Origin: an uncultured Verrucomicrobiae bacterium
GTDB lineage: Bacteria; Verrucomicrobiota; Verrucomicrobiia; Limisphaerales; Palsa-1400
NCBI GenBank assembly: GCA_963702845.1
Contig: OY969763.1
Span: forward strand, 4,256,001 to 4,320,000
Direction of reading: 5' to 3'
DNA: 64,000 bases
Position numbers and translations under genes: made by a program. Shown piece by piece: positions 1 to 10,958 of this stretch; the stretch's first letter is position 1, and every line of letters begins with the position of its first letter. The notes under the pieces were generated by a model. The model was given only the letters and a program-made list of their open reading frames with translations. It did not search any database and had not been told where the DNA came from.

Positions 1-921
1 GGGCATAAAGTTGCGACGCTCGATATGGACGCGCTGGATAAATTCGACGCTGCCGTTTTTTTCGACCATCCCACGTTCCTGAACCCGTATTTGCGCAAAC
101 TGCGCCAGATGAAGAACAAGAAGCTTTACTTGTTCTTATGTGAAAATGCAGCGAACCGGCCGGATAATTATTGGCCTCGCAATCATCGCGATTTTGACAA
201 AGTCTTCACGTGGAACCCACATCTCGTAGATAACAAAAAATATTTCCAATTCCATCTGACCACACGCGTGCCGGAAAACTTTCGTATTAGCCAGCAAGGT
301 CGAACGAAATTCTGCGTCACGATCGCGAGCCAAAAATATAATCCGCACTCGAAAGAACTTTACACAGAACGCGTGCGTTCCATTCGTTGGTTCGAACAAA
401 ACCACCCCGATCAGTTTGACTTGTACGGAACCGAATGGGACCGGCGCTACATTGTGGGACGTTTCGCGCGCGCCAATCTCTTCCTCCAGCGTTTCTACAA
501 AATGACGGGGGAGACCTTCAAGAGCCGTCATTTTCCGTCCTGGCGCGGGACGGTGAAAAGGAAGCGGGACGTGATGCAGCAATACAAATTTGCGCTCACC
601 TATGAAAACGCGGTATTTCCGGGATACGTCACCGAAAAAATATTCGACGGACTTTTTGCTGGTTGCGTGCCGGTATATTTAGGGGCGCCGGACGTGACAG
701 ACTTTATTCCCGCCAACGTATTCATCGACCGCCGCAATTTCAAAAGCTACGACGAACTTTATCGGTACATGAATACGATGCCGACTCAGGAATACACCAA
801 CTATCTGGCGGCCATCGAAAATTTCGTCCGAGGCGACGCGATCAGGCCGTTCACAGTTGAAGCGTTATGTGATCTGTTCCTGCATCACGTCACGCAACCA
901 CAGCTTGAAGCTACGCGCTAA
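1..921 (+). CDS. Glycosyltransferase family 10 (alpha-1,3-fucosyltransferase-like), probably 5'-truncated by window edge
   Basis: YKFALTYEN...GYVTEKIFD...GCVPVYLGAP motif; frame is open from position 1 (ORF track starts at 25). Confidence 0.85.
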   Translation, partial: GHKVATLDMDALDKFDAAVFFDHPTFLNPYLRKLRQMKNKKLYLFLCENAANRPDNYWPRNHRDFDKVFTWNPHLVDNKKYFQFHLTTRVPENFRISQQGRTKFCVTIASQKYNPHSKELYTERVRSIRWFEQNHPDQFDLYGTEWDRRYIVGRFARANLFLQRFYKMTGETFKSRHFPSWRGTVKRKRDVMQQYKFALTYENAVFPGYVTEKIFDGLFAGCVPVYLGAPDVTDFIPANVFIDRRNFKSYDELYRYMNTMPTQEYTNYLAAIENFVRGDAIRPFTVEALCDLFLHHVTQPQLEATR

Positions 922-1261
922 CTTTACTCGAACGCGCGCGAGCTTTGGAGCGCGGCATATTTCGTTGAGGACGCACCCTGGTCAACCGGCGCTTCGAGCG
1001 CACCTGGTTTTCCAGGATGTAGCTAGGGGACTTTTTTAGGCGGCGACGGTATTTCAGCTTTTGGCGCATTCGTTCGCGGGCTGCGATGGTGTGTTTCAAG
1101 CAATACACACCGATGGCCGGTTCACCGCAGGTCAAACAAATGCCGCGCACTTTCTTGCGCAGCATATGAATCTGTTGTCGTGACATGGGGCTTCCGTCGG
1201 CTTTCACCATACCGGTAAACTCGTCACTAATCTTCTTTCTGCTCCAACTACTCTTTTTCAT
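911..1261 (-). CDS. Small basic hypothetical protein with CxxC..C..H motif
   Basis: 116-aa ORF with GAGG RBS-like sequence upstream; CLTCGEP..YCLKH. Confidence 0.5.
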   Translation of the reverse strand: MKKSSWSRKKISDEFTGMVKADGSPMSRQQIHMLRKKVRGICLTCGEPAIGVYCLKHTIAARERMRQKLKYRRRLKKSPSYILENQVRSKRRLTRVRPQRNMPRSKARARSSKVSA

Positions 1262-1419
1262 GATCTCGCCTCCTCACGGAAATTGTACTGTCAATATAGA
1301 CGGGTACGTGAATTACGCGAGGGCTTACAGTCAATTATTTTTGCAAATGTTTCTACCCTTTGACTATCGGGGATAAGGACGATTTTGGCTATGATAAAGA
1401 ACACTACGTATCGCGATGC

Positions 1420-2289
1420 CTAGGTGGCGGGAGCGAGCTTTTGGAGGAGTAGCGCCAGCACGAACCAGATTGGGAATAAGAAAATCCACGGCTGCGTTAA
1501 ATCTGCCGCTGCCAGAAGATCGACGAGAACAATCCCGGCCAGCAATTTTGCGACAGTCTTGCCGACCTGCGGTTGGGCGCGCCCGAATGTGAGGCGCAAG
1601 CTCGCGACGATCCAAAACACGAGAAGCGCAATGAGCAGGATGGCGCGGGTTCGAAGTTCGGTGTCATCGGCGAGCAGCGCCAAAAACACTGGCGCGGCGA
1701 GGAGAACCGCCGGCCATACATTGACTGGCGCCCACAGCGCCTCTTTACGCGCGAGATAGCTCAAGCCAACGATGTAAAGCGCCAACGCGCATCCGCTCCA
1801 AACCGCGAGTCCTGTCACGCCATTGACCGCCACCGACGCCGCAACAACATAAACCAGACAACGACACAGGCCCATGATCACCGGCGCCAGTCCGATCAAT
1901 TTGTGGAACGCGTCGTAAACGAGGATCGCGACAGCAAGCACTAGCGCGAGCACTGCGGTTGATTGTCCCATCCAACACAACGACGCGATACCTGCGATCA
2001 TCAGGATCACGCCCCAGGTCCACACTTCTCGCAACGTGACCGCACCCGATGGGATCGGCCGGCTGGAGCGATGTTGCCGGTCGAAATCAAAATCGAACGC
2101 ATCATTCAAAAACATTCCCGCGACATAAAGCAGGCTCGTGCCGACGCACGCCCACGCGAGCAACGCCCATCGACCACCGCCGCCGAGCCACCAGCCAGCG
2201 AGACAATTCGACCAAACGGTGGGTAAATTGGAAACACGCCCCAGCACGAGTAATGTGCGGAGTTTAGATGGCGGCGTGTGAACCAACAT
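1420..2289 (-). CDS. UbiA-family prenyltransferase (EboC-like)
   Basis: RVSNLPTVWSN, NDAFDFDFDRQHRSSRPIPSG and YD motifs; multiple TM helices. Confidence 0.9.
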   Translation of the reverse strand: MLVHTPPSKLRTLLVLGRVSNLPTVWSNCLAGWWLGGGGRWALLAWACVGTSLLYVAGMFLNDAFDFDFDRQHRSSRPIPSGAVTLREVWTWGVILMIAGIASLCWMGQSTAVLALVLAVAILVYDAFHKLIGLAPVIMGLCRCLVYVVAASVAVNGVTGLAVWSGCALALYIVGLSYLARKEALWAPVNVWPAVLLAAPVFLALLADDTELRTRAILLIALLVFWIVASLRLTFGRAQPQVGKTVAKLLAGIVLVDLLAAADLTQPWIFLFPIWFVLALLLQKLAPAT

Positions 2290-2454
2290 TGGCCCAGCAG
2301 GAAACCAACAATCGCCTGCCGATCAAAGGGAAAACTTCACTGGACACGCAAACACAGTGCTTTCAGCCCAGAAATCTTTACTTCGCTGGACTATTGCTGT
2401 ACAAGAGCTTTTCGAAAGCAGCTCAGCCTAAACCAACCTTTCGACCTCATTCTG

Positions 2455-5400
2455 ATGAATCTTTGGCGTTCTGGGATGTTCCTCAAAAGCTGCGTGGCAG
2501 CGCTTTGCCTCGTTGCAACCGCCAGGGCTGCGGACAACTGGGACAATCGATTCGTCCCCCCGCCGGACACGGACGGAGAAGTGTTCACCATGGCGGCCGT
2601 GGGCAACCAAGTCTATGCAGGCGGCTCGTTTTCGACAGTCAACGGCGTCGACGCTCCCGGCATTGCAAAATGGAACGGCACGGCGTGGGAACCGGTCGGT
2701 GGCGGCGTGGATGGCGAGGTCTACGCAATTACAGTCAGCGGCAATAATGTTTACATCGGTGGTTCGTTCACTCAGGCCGGCGATGCGGATGCGCTAAATA
2801 TCGCGGTGTGGAATGGGAACTACTGGACGAACCTAGCAGCAGGACTCGACGACGGCAACAGCGATGCAACCGTCAATGCATTGCTCGTCAGCGGCACGAC
2901 TCTTTTCGCCGCGGGCTACTTCGAAATGTCTGACACCAACGCGATGACAAATATCGCGAAGTGGAACGGCACAACCTGGTCACCGGTCGGACTCGGGATC
3001 AACTATACCCCCACTGGTCCGGACGACACGCAAGTCGCCTACGTCAACGCCCTTGCCGGCAATGCCGCGAACCTTTTTGTGGGCGGGTTCTTCAATCTCG
3101 CGGGAACAAACAGTGTAACCAACCTTTCACAATGGACGGGCACGGTTTGGAACGATGTCGGCGCTGGTCTCGATTACGTCCCTTTACTGCCGGACGATGA
3201 CACGACCGCCGAAGTCGTTTCGCTCGCTCTCCAGGGCACAAATCTTTATGCGGGCGGAATCTTCAATATTTCCGGAGCAACGGAAGTCGACAATTTCGCC
3301 GTGTGGAACGGCAGCACATGGTCGATGCTCGGCGGGCCGGCAGACGACAGCGTCAATGCCATCATTGCGACCAACAACGCGGTTTATATTGGTGGAGATT
3401 TCACGACCATCGACAGCGTCGCTGCGAACGGAATGACGCGCTGGACAAACAGCCATTGGGAACCACTCAGCGCTGGATTTGACGGCGGTTCGGTCGATTG
3501 TCTGACAGTAACCAGCAGTAATTTGTTTGCTGGCGGTTCGTTCACCAGCGCAGGAGGCGTTACCGCACTGAACATCGCACGGTGGAACAACGTGAATTGG
3601 AACACTCTCGCGACTGGGTCTGCCAATGCGCCAATCGGCGACGTCAATACCTTGCTGCTATCCGGGTCGAACGTTTATGTCGGTGGCGCGTTTGATATGG
3701 CGGGACCAATTGCCGCAACGAACGTCGCTATTTGGAATGGAAGTTCGTGGACGAATGTCGGCGGCGGCGTTGATGGCGCGGTATTCGCACTCGCTGGCAA
3801 CAGCACCAATCTGCTCGTGGGCGGTTCGTTTGATTTTGCGGGAGTTGTCCCGGCAACGAATGTGGCACGATGGAACGGCTCCACGTGGAGCGCTCTTGGA
3901 AACGGGCTGGACGACACCGTATCCGCTATCGCAACGAACGGCACAAATATTTTCATTGGCGGAGCTTTCACCGCGACTGGAAGCAATCTGTTAAACCACG
4001 TCGCGCAATGGAACGGAATCAATTGGTCACCAATCAGTGGCGGCGTAGTCGACACCAATGGCGGCGATTACGTTTCTACGCTGGCTGTCAGCGGTACGAA
4101 TTTGTTCGTCGGCGGAAATTTCCAAATCGCCGGCACGGTCGCCGCACCGTTCATCGCATGTTGGAACGGCAACACATGGTCGGCATTGGGAACGAATGCG
4201 ATCGACGTTGTGACGTCACTTGCCGTGAGTGGCTCGAACCTTTACGCCGGGGGCACCTTCGCGTTCGCCAACAGCACCAACGCCGTCGCGCGCTGGGACG
4301 GCACAGCATGGGCGCCGGTTGGCGATGAGTTCGATGTCGCCGGACCGCAAGTTGCCGTGGTGGGTTCGAACGTGTTCGCGGCGGGCCAATTTACGGCCAT
4401 CGGCACCAACGCGCCAAATTACATCGCAAAATTCGATGGGCAAACATGGATACCGTTGGCCGGCGGTCTCGATGATGTTGCGTCATGTGTTGCCGCAGAC
4501 GGGACGAATGTCTTTGTGGGTGGCGCATTCACTTTCGCAGGTGATAGTCCATCGTATCACTTCGGCGTCTGGAACGACCGCACGCCAAATATCTGGCTGC
4601 CTCCGTTAGACGGCCAAATCGTGACGGCAGGATCGAATTTGACATTCAGCGCGAGCGTCGCAGGCACGCAGCCCATCAGCTACCAATGGTTCCTCAACGG
4701 CGTCGCCATCGCAGGCGCGACCAACAGCACTTTATCCAAAACAAACGTGCAATCTGCGGATATGGGCAATTATACGTTGCTCGTCTCTAATATCTATGGC
4801 GCGGTGTTGAGTGATCCCGCCAACGTGCAACTCTATTCGGTTGTCATATTCTCCGATGACTTCGAGTCGGGAACAGTTTCGAATTGGACAACGATTTCGA
4901 AAGCCGCGCCCCTCGTCATTTCAACAAATTCCCATGGCGGCCAGTACGCTGCGCTCGTAACCAATTCTCTCGCCAAGATGTATCACACTCTCGGCAGCGA
5001 AGTTGAAGGCCACTCGATGGCCACGTTTTGGATTTACGACGATCAAGGAACTCAAACGCGCTGGTTAGGCGATGTCCGCAACTACAGTGGCGGCGGTTTT
5101 GGCAGCGGCACGCTCCAGCAACAATTGGCGATAGGTTTGTATGCGACGAACTTTGGCACCGGCACAGGTGATTTGCAGGGTGAAGTTATCGACACGAACA
5201 GTTATCAGGGCCAGATCCTCGCTGGCGACAGCACCGGATTTTTCAATTTGGACGACATGCCGTTCCCACGCACCGACGGCTGGCACAAATTCCAGATCGA
5301 ACGACAGGATGATCCGACCACAATCGATTTCTGGATCGATGACGACATCTACCGCGAAATTTCTGGCGCGGCAGGAAAGACCTGGGATTCCACGACCATT

Positions 5401-7836
5401 GGTTCTGTCGGATCCGGGACCGTTGCCGGCAGCGTTTGGTTCGACGATATCAAAATCGAATACCTCGACCCGCCCGACATCCTGACCAACCCAGTCAGCC
5501 AAACCGTTGATGCTGGCGCGAACGTTACTTTTACTGTCGCTGCCACGGGCAACATCCGCAGTTATCAATGGATTAAGAACGGCGCTTTGATCGCCGGTGC
5601 AACCAAGTCCGCTTTCACCGTCACGAACGCGCAACAGAAAGCGACTTACAACGCTCTCGTCGCAAACGGCATCGGTGTGAGCGAAAGCGATGACGCGACT
5701 TTGACACTGAATGACAAACCCACAATTTTGGGCCATCCTCAAAGCGTGACCGTGCCGGCGGGCGCAAATTTCGCGTTGAGCGTCACCGCCACAGGCTCGC
5801 CGTCGAATCTCGCCTATCAATGGCGTAAGAACGGCACTGCCATCATCAACGCCGTCACCAGCGACCTCGTATTTCTCGATTGCACCAATTCCAGTGCTGG
5901 CAGTTACACCGTGGTCATCACCAATATTGCCGGGGTTGTCACCAGCGCCGTAGCTGTCGTGACCATCACCAATTCGCGACCAGTCATCACATCGCCACCG
6001 ACCAGCCAAAACGTGAACCTCGGCGGCAACGCTACTTTCTTTGCCGCTGCGGCGGGATCGCAACCGCGCACTTATCAATGGCGCTTTAACGGCACGAACA
6101 TCGCAGGTGCAACGAATAGTTTTTATCGACGCAACAGCGTTCAAGCGACAAACGCCGGATCGTATTCAGTTGTTGTTTCCAATTCATTTGGCAGCGTGAC
6201 CAGCGCGCTCGCCGTGCTCACGCTTAACTTCCCGCCGAGTATTACCACGCAGCCTTTAGGCCAGGCGGTAGCCGCCGGTACGAACGTCACCTTATCTGTA
6301 GTGGCAACCGGCACCGCCCAGCTCGAATATCAATGGTATGCTCAGCTCGTTGGCGTTTCTCCCGCCGTTCCAGTCGCGCTGGATGGCGAAACGAGCGATA
6401 CATTGACGATCTTTAGTCCGGACTCATCCGATGCCGGTACATATTCCGTCCTCGTTTACAACCTGGCCGGGCATGTGATGAGTTCCAACGCGACGCTCGT
6501 CGTGAACGGTCCGCCAGTGGTGCTCGACGATCCGCAGGACATCACGGTTTCCGCCGGATCGAATGCTGTTTTCGCCGTGAACGCGGTTGGCAAAGCTCCC
6601 GTCACCTATCAATGGACGCGCAACGGCGCGAACATCGCGCTCGCCACCAATACTGTCTACGTGCGGACGAATGTGCAGCCGGCCGACGTCGGGCTGTATG
6701 CTGTGACAATTGCTAACTCATATGGATCGGTCACCAGCGGCAGCGCGGTTCTATCGCTCGATTCATTCTCAGTGTTCTTCGACAATTTCGAATCGGGCCT
6801 GGGCAATTGGACGACTGTTTCCGGTGCGAGGGCGCTCACAAATTCAATCGCGCAAGTCCATTCCGGCACCAACAGCGCGGCGTGCAATAGTTCGGCCGGA
6901 AAGATGTTCCACAACCTGTCGTTCGCCGTGGAAGGCCATGCCCGCGCGACATTCTGGATCTATGACAACAATGGTTCCCTTTCCAACTGGTTCGGCGAAA
7001 TGCGGAGTTATGTGGGCAGCACCAATGGAAAACCTGCGCAAATCCTCGGTTCGGGTGTGTTCACGTATCCGTTCCCGACCAATGCCACCGGTCAGTTTAT
7101 CGGCCTCACACCAGACACGAACAATTACCAGGGTTACATCCTGAGCGGCTACGATAGCGGCTACTTCGATTTCGGCGATCCAAGCGCCCCATTACGCACC
7201 AATGGCTGGCACCAGTTCGTCATGGAACGCAATGCTGATGAAACCACGATCAGTTTCTCCGTCGACGGCAACGAACTCGCGGTTGTTTATGACACGACTC
7301 CCGCAAACTGGGATTCCGTGTTCATTGGTTCGGCTGGCAAAGGCAATACAAATGGCAGCGTTTGGTTTGACGACATCAAGGTCGAATACCTCGACCCGCC
7401 CGTGATTCTAAGCGACCCCGCAGACGCGTCGGTAAACCCCGGCCAGGGCGCGTTCTTCAGCGTCAGCGCGCGCGGCAATGTTAACGGATACCAATGGCTC
7501 TTCAACGGTGCTGCGATCGCCAATGCGACCAACACCAGTTATACCATAGCCGGCGCACAAACGAACAACGCCGGTTTCTACTCGGCCATTGCTATAAATG
7601 GCGTTGGTGCGACGCAGAGTAACCCGGGATTGCTTACGATTGTTCCATATCCACCGACGCTGACGTTCGCAGCATCGAGTGGTTCGCTGCACTTCTCAGT
7701 CGACCAAAACTCCACGATTTTCAGTTCAACGAACCTGGTCGACTGGGTGGCGATTGGAACAAATCTGACAAACCTGGACGTACCGCTTACAAACAAAGTG
7801 CGGTTCTTCAAAGCAGGCGTGGCCACCTACCCCTGA
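2455..7836 (+). CDS. Large secreted protein: N-terminal beta-propeller repeats, multiple Ig-like domains, two concanavalin/LamG-like domains
   Basis: Signal peptide; repeated YVGGxF...IAxWNGxxWxxLGxG units; YQWxxNG..I..AT Ig motifs; two similar FxDxFESG..WFDDIKxEY domains; start at 2455 or 2476. Confidence 0.85.
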   Translation: MNLWRSGMFLKSCVAALCLVATARAADNWDNRFVPPPDTDGEVFTMAAVGNQVYAGGSFSTVNGVDAPGIAKWNGTAWEPVGGGVDGEVYAITVSGNNVYIGGSFTQAGDADALNIAVWNGNYWTNLAAGLDDGNSDATVNALLVSGTTLFAAGYFEMSDTNAMTNIAKWNGTTWSPVGLGINYTPTGPDDTQVAYVNALAGNAANLFVGGFFNLAGTNSVTNLSQWTGTVWNDVGAGLDYVPLLPDDDTTAEVVSLALQGTNLYAGGIFNISGATEVDNFAVWNGSTWSMLGGPADDSVNAIIATNNAVYIGGDFTTIDSVAANGMTRWTNSHWEPLSAGFDGGSVDCLTVTSSNLFAGGSFTSAGGVTALNIARWNNVNWNTLATGSANAPIGDVNTLLLSGSNVYVGGAFDMAGPIAATNVAIWNGSSWTNVGGGVDGAVFALAGNSTNLLVGGSFDFAGVVPATNVARWNGSTWSALGNGLDDTVSAIATNGTNIFIGGAFTATGSNLLNHVAQWNGINWSPISGGVVDTNGGDYVSTLAVSGTNLFVGGNFQIAGTVAAPFIACWNGNTWSALGTNAIDVVTSLAVSGSNLYAGGTFAFANSTNAVARWDGTAWAPVGDEFDVAGPQVAVVGSNVFAAGQFTAIGTNAPNYIAKFDGQTWIPLAGGLDDVASCVAADGTNVFVGGAFTFAGDSPSYHFGVWNDRTPNIWLPPLDGQIVTAGSNLTFSASVAGTQPISYQWFLNGVAIAGATNSTLSKTNVQSADMGNYTLLVSNIYGAVLSDPANVQLYSVVIFSDDFESGTVSNWTTISKAAPLVISTNSHGGQYAALVTNSLAKMYHTLGSEVEGHSMATFWIYDDQGTQTRWLGDVRNYSGGGFGSGTLQQQLAIGLYATNFGTGTGDLQGEVIDTNSYQGQILAGDSTGFFNLDDMPFPRTDGWHKFQIERQDDPTTIDFWIDDDIYREISGAAGKTWDSTTIGSVGSGTVAGSVWFDDIKIEYLDPPDILTNPVSQTVDAGANVTFTVAATGNIRSYQWIKNGALIAGATKSAFTVTNAQQKATYNALVANGIGVSESDDATLTLNDKPTILGHPQSVTVPAGANFALSVTATGSPSNLAYQWRKNGTAIINAVTSDLVFLDCTNSSAGSYTVVITNIAGVVTSAVAVVTITNSRPVITSPPTSQNVNLGGNATFFAAAAGSQPRTYQWRFNGTNIAGATNSFYRRNSVQATNAGSYSVVVSNSFGSVTSALAVLTLNFPPSITTQPLGQAVAAGTNVTLSVVATGTAQLEYQWYAQLVGVSPAVPVALDGETSDTLTIFSPDSSDAGTYSVLVYNLAGHVMSSNATLVVNGPPVVLDDPQDITVSAGSNAVFAVNAVGKAPVTYQWTRNGANIALATNTVYVRTNVQPADVGLYAVTIANSYGSVTSGSAVLSLDSFSVFFDNFESGLGNWTTVSGARALTNSIAQVHSGTNSAACNSSAGKMFHNLSFAVEGHARATFWIYDNNGSLSNWFGEMRSYVGSTNGKPAQILGSGVFTYPFPTNATGQFIGLTPDTNNYQGYILSGYDSGYFDFGDPSAPLRTNGWHQFVMERNADETTISFSVDGNELAVVYDTTPANWDSVFIGSAGKGNTNGSVWFDDIKVEYLDPPVILSDPADASVNPGQGAFFSVSARGNVNGYQWLFNGAAIANATNTSYTIAGAQTNNAGFYSAIAINGVGATQSNPGLLTIVPYPPTLTFAASSGSLHFSVDQNSTIFSSTNLVDWVAIGTNLTNLDVPLTNKVRFFKAGVATYP

Positions 7837-7843
7837 GGCGCCG

Positions 7844-8896
7844 CTATTCATCCAACAACTCCCGTTGCCAATGCATCAACCCTTTGCGATGCCCTTCGAA
7901 ATCCTGCGCCAACTGCAACATCGTCGCGCGACTCGCAATCAGCGTCGGATCAATTGCCAGCTCGACCGCATGTTTATCCCGGCGCTTCTGCAATGCTTCA
8001 AACCGCCGGCGCTCCTCCTCCGTCTGTCTACGTGGCATCGAGCGTAGCGGATGCGGGTGCTGTTGTGGTGGCAATGTCTGCGCAATCGTAATCGCATGAT
8101 GCAATGCATCGGCACGTCGCGATGAAAAATGTCGCGGCAAAGCAAACGAACGCTCTTCCGAAACTGCCCGGGCAATGTCCACCAGAGATTCGTGTGACAA
8201 AACAAAATACGGCGGTTTGTTCGCACGCACCGCCTCCGTTTCGCGCCACTGCCATATTTCCCGCATCACGGCCAACCCTGCTCGCGACAACGTGTGACTG
8301 CCTTTGACGCGCCAAACCGTTTCCGGATCAGGCGCCGACGGCAGCGCGCAATCCTGGATCAAGCGTTGGCAAGATTCTTCCAGCCATTTCAACCGATGCT
8401 TCTCCTTCAATTGAAACGCCAGCAAATCGCGCAATGGTTTCAAATAGTGCGTATCATTGCGGGCGTATTCTTCCATCCGCGATGTCAAAGGCCGACGCGC
8501 CCAATCAGCTTTTTGAGAACCTTTGTCGAGAGTGACATTGAGATATCTGGAAACGAGATTCGTCAGCCCGAACTCACGATCGCCAAGCAATCGCGACGCC
8601 AGCATCGTGTCGAAAATTCGGCTCGGCACGAACCCATGATTCTTCCGCAATAAACGCAGGTCGTAATCCGACCCATGCATGATCAGTTCATGCTGTTGCA
8701 AAACCGGCCAGATCGGCGTGAGGTCGATGCCACTGAGAGGATCGACCAGACGGTCAGCTCCTGGAACACTGATTTGCAGCAGGCAAAGCTTCTCCGGATA
8801 CGCGTGTAAGCTGTCCGCTTCGGTATCGAGCGCAACCCATTCGGCCGAACTCAGCTTCGGCAAAAAGTCTGCAAGGATCGGTTGGGCATCGATCAT
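7844..8896 (-). CDS. rnd: Ribonuclease D (3'-5' exonuclease + HRDC)
   Basis: ALDTEAD, HGSDYD, FDTMLASRLLG, DWARRPL...YARND motifs; HRDC region. Confidence 0.9.
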   Translation of the reverse strand: MIDAQPILADFLPKLSSAEWVALDTEADSLHAYPEKLCLLQISVPGADRLVDPLSGIDLTPIWPVLQQHELIMHGSDYDLRLLRKNHGFVPSRIFDTMLASRLLGDREFGLTNLVSRYLNVTLDKGSQKADWARRPLTSRMEEYARNDTHYLKPLRDLLAFQLKEKHRLKWLEESCQRLIQDCALPSAPDPETVWRVKGSHTLSRAGLAVMREIWQWRETEAVRANKPPYFVLSHESLVDIARAVSEERSFALPRHFSSRRADALHHAITIAQTLPPQQHPHPLRSMPRRQTEEERRRFEALQKRRDKHAVELAIDPTLIASRATMLQLAQDFEGHRKGLMHWQRELLDE

Positions 8897-9016
8897 GTCA
8901 AATCAAAGGTAAAACACCCGATTGAAATGGGAAAGCGCTTTATAGAGGGTCTCGGAATATCGCAAAGCAGATTCAATTCTCGAGATCTTTCGCGTTTTTC
9001 GCGGCCTTTGCGAGAC

Positions 9017-9812
9017 TCATGTTTGTGATTTCGCATTCAACTTTCCTGCAACCTTACCACTCAACATCGACGGCGAACACTTCGCCAATCCCACCAGAAT
9101 CCGGTTCATCATTCCTGGAATAACAATCGGTTTACCATTCATCATCGCTCGATATCCGATTTCCGCCACCGTCTGCGCCGACATCGCTTTCATCATCCCG
9201 TGCCGCATCAACTTGCTTCGGTCCAAACCGGCGCGTTTATGAAATTCCGTCGCAGTGGTTCCCGGGCAGATCGCAGTCACCGTCACGCCAGAGTTCTTAA
9301 GTTCGACGCTCAGCGCCGCGGAAAACGAAAGAACAAACGCTTTGGTCGCGCCATAAACACCCAGCAGCGGATCAGGCTGATAGGCGGCGACGGAAGCGAC
9401 GTTCAAGATTTTCCCTTCACGACGCGCGAGCATTTGTTTCAGGAACAACTTGGTCAGTCACAACCACCGATTCCATATTCAACCGCAGCACCGCGATGTC
9501 CCTGTCCAACGCCGTGTCGGCAAACGCGCCATACACTCCAGAGCCCGCATTATTAATCAGCACTGAAACTGGAAAGTTTTCCCGCTGGAGCCGATCATAA
9601 ATCTGTCGTGGCGTTTCCACTTTCGCCAAATCCGCCACAATCACCTTAACGTCACGTCCAAATTTCTGTTTCAGTTCAGCCGCCACCGTGTTCAACCGCT
9701 GCTCGTCCCGCGCCACCAACGCCAGATCAAAACCATGCGTAGCGAGGATGTGCGCAAGCTCGTATCCGATTCCCGTCGAAGCTCCCGTGATCAGCACTGA
9801 TTTTGTTGTCAT
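9017..9812 (-). CDS. SDR family oxidoreductase split by one apparent 1-bp insertion near 9458
   Basis: TGASTGIG and NNAG in ORF 9417..9839; YGATK in ORF 9017..9448; removing one base restores a continuous frame. Confidence 0.85.
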
Positions 9813-9864
9813 AGCTGGATACTCAAACGCTATACTCAAGCGCGTATACTAACTAGGCCATTCT

Positions 9865-10920
9865 ATGAAACGCTTGTTCATCACAATCGCGCTTCTTCTC
9901 GTCTGCATCGCCGCGCGTGCCGATTCAATCGACGACAAAGTCCGTGCCGCCATGGATAGGCAACGCATTCCCGGCCTCTCCCTCGCGATCATCAAAGATG
10001 GCAAGATCATCAAAGCCGCCGGATACGGTTTTGCGAACGTCGAAAAGAAAATCCCGGCGACACCCAAAACGATTTACCCACTCGCATCCGTCACCAAACA
10101 ATTCATAGCCGCAGGAACTTTGCTCTTAGTTGAACAAGGCAAGGTGAAGCTCGACGATCCAGTTTCAAAATACCTGCACAACACACCCGCGGCATGGACC
10201 AACATCACCGTTCGCCGACTTCTGTCACACACGGCTGGTTTGAAACGCGAAGATTCGCTCGGGTTGTTTTCGAATCCGACCGACGCAGAATTGCTCGAAG
10301 CAATCACCAAGATGCCGCTGCAATCCGAACCGGGCAAAGAATGGTCCTACAGCAATGCCGGTTTCAATTTGTGGTCCTTCGCGTTGGCCGAACAGGTCAA
10401 TGAAAGCTGGGACAAATATCTCGGCGAAAAAATTTTCCAGCCACTACACATGGACAACACGTTCCACATTCCCGCTCAACCAACGGGCACAAATTTCGCC
10501 ATCGGCTATACGACCAATCGCTCTGGCGAGTGGCAACGCGCACCGAAAATGGACCGCACCTTCGCTTCCGGCGGCATCGCCTCAACCGTGCTCGACATGG
10601 CCAAATGGGACGCCGCGCTTTACACCGAACAAATCTTGAAACGGTCCAGTTTCGACCAACTCGTCACCCGCACAAAACTCTCCAGCGGCGAATTAGTGAA
10701 AATCAGGACTGCCTGGAGCTACAGTCTCGGCTGGGGCGTCGGCACCAACGCATTAGGCCACAACGTAATGTCCCACAACGGCAGCCGCCCCGGTTTTTCC
10801 ACACATATAGTGCGCTGCTACGAAGACAAACTTACCGTTGTCATCCTCTGTAACGAGTGGCACGTCGATACCGCGCTGCCCATCCTCGCGCGGCGAATTT
10901 TGACGGAATATCTTCCGTGA
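9865..10920 (+). CDS. Serine hydrolase, beta-lactamase class C / PBP-like family
   Basis: Signal peptide; SVTK, LLSHTAG, YSN and HNG motifs. Confidence 0.9.
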   Translation: MKRLFITIALLLVCIAARADSIDDKVRAAMDRQRIPGLSLAIIKDGKIIKAAGYGFANVEKKIPATPKTIYPLASVTKQFIAAGTLLLVEQGKVKLDDPVSKYLHNTPAAWTNITVRRLLSHTAGLKREDSLGLFSNPTDAELLEAITKMPLQSEPGKEWSYSNAGFNLWSFALAEQVNESWDKYLGEKIFQPLHMDNTFHIPAQPTGTNFAIGYTTNRSGEWQRAPKMDRTFASGGIASTVLDMAKWDAALYTEQILKRSSFDQLVTRTKLSSGELVKIRTAWSYSLGWGVGTNALGHNVMSHNGSRPGFSTHIVRCYEDKLTVVILCNEWHVDTALPILARRILTEYLP

Positions 10921-10958
10921 TTGCTCGCTTACTAAATGGTGGGAGTTGCGATCGTCAA

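Noticed and set aside
9865..10920. Bona fide antibiotic-resistance beta-lactamase
   Set aside because: Motifs are shared by the broad serine hydrolase family; activity cannot be inferred
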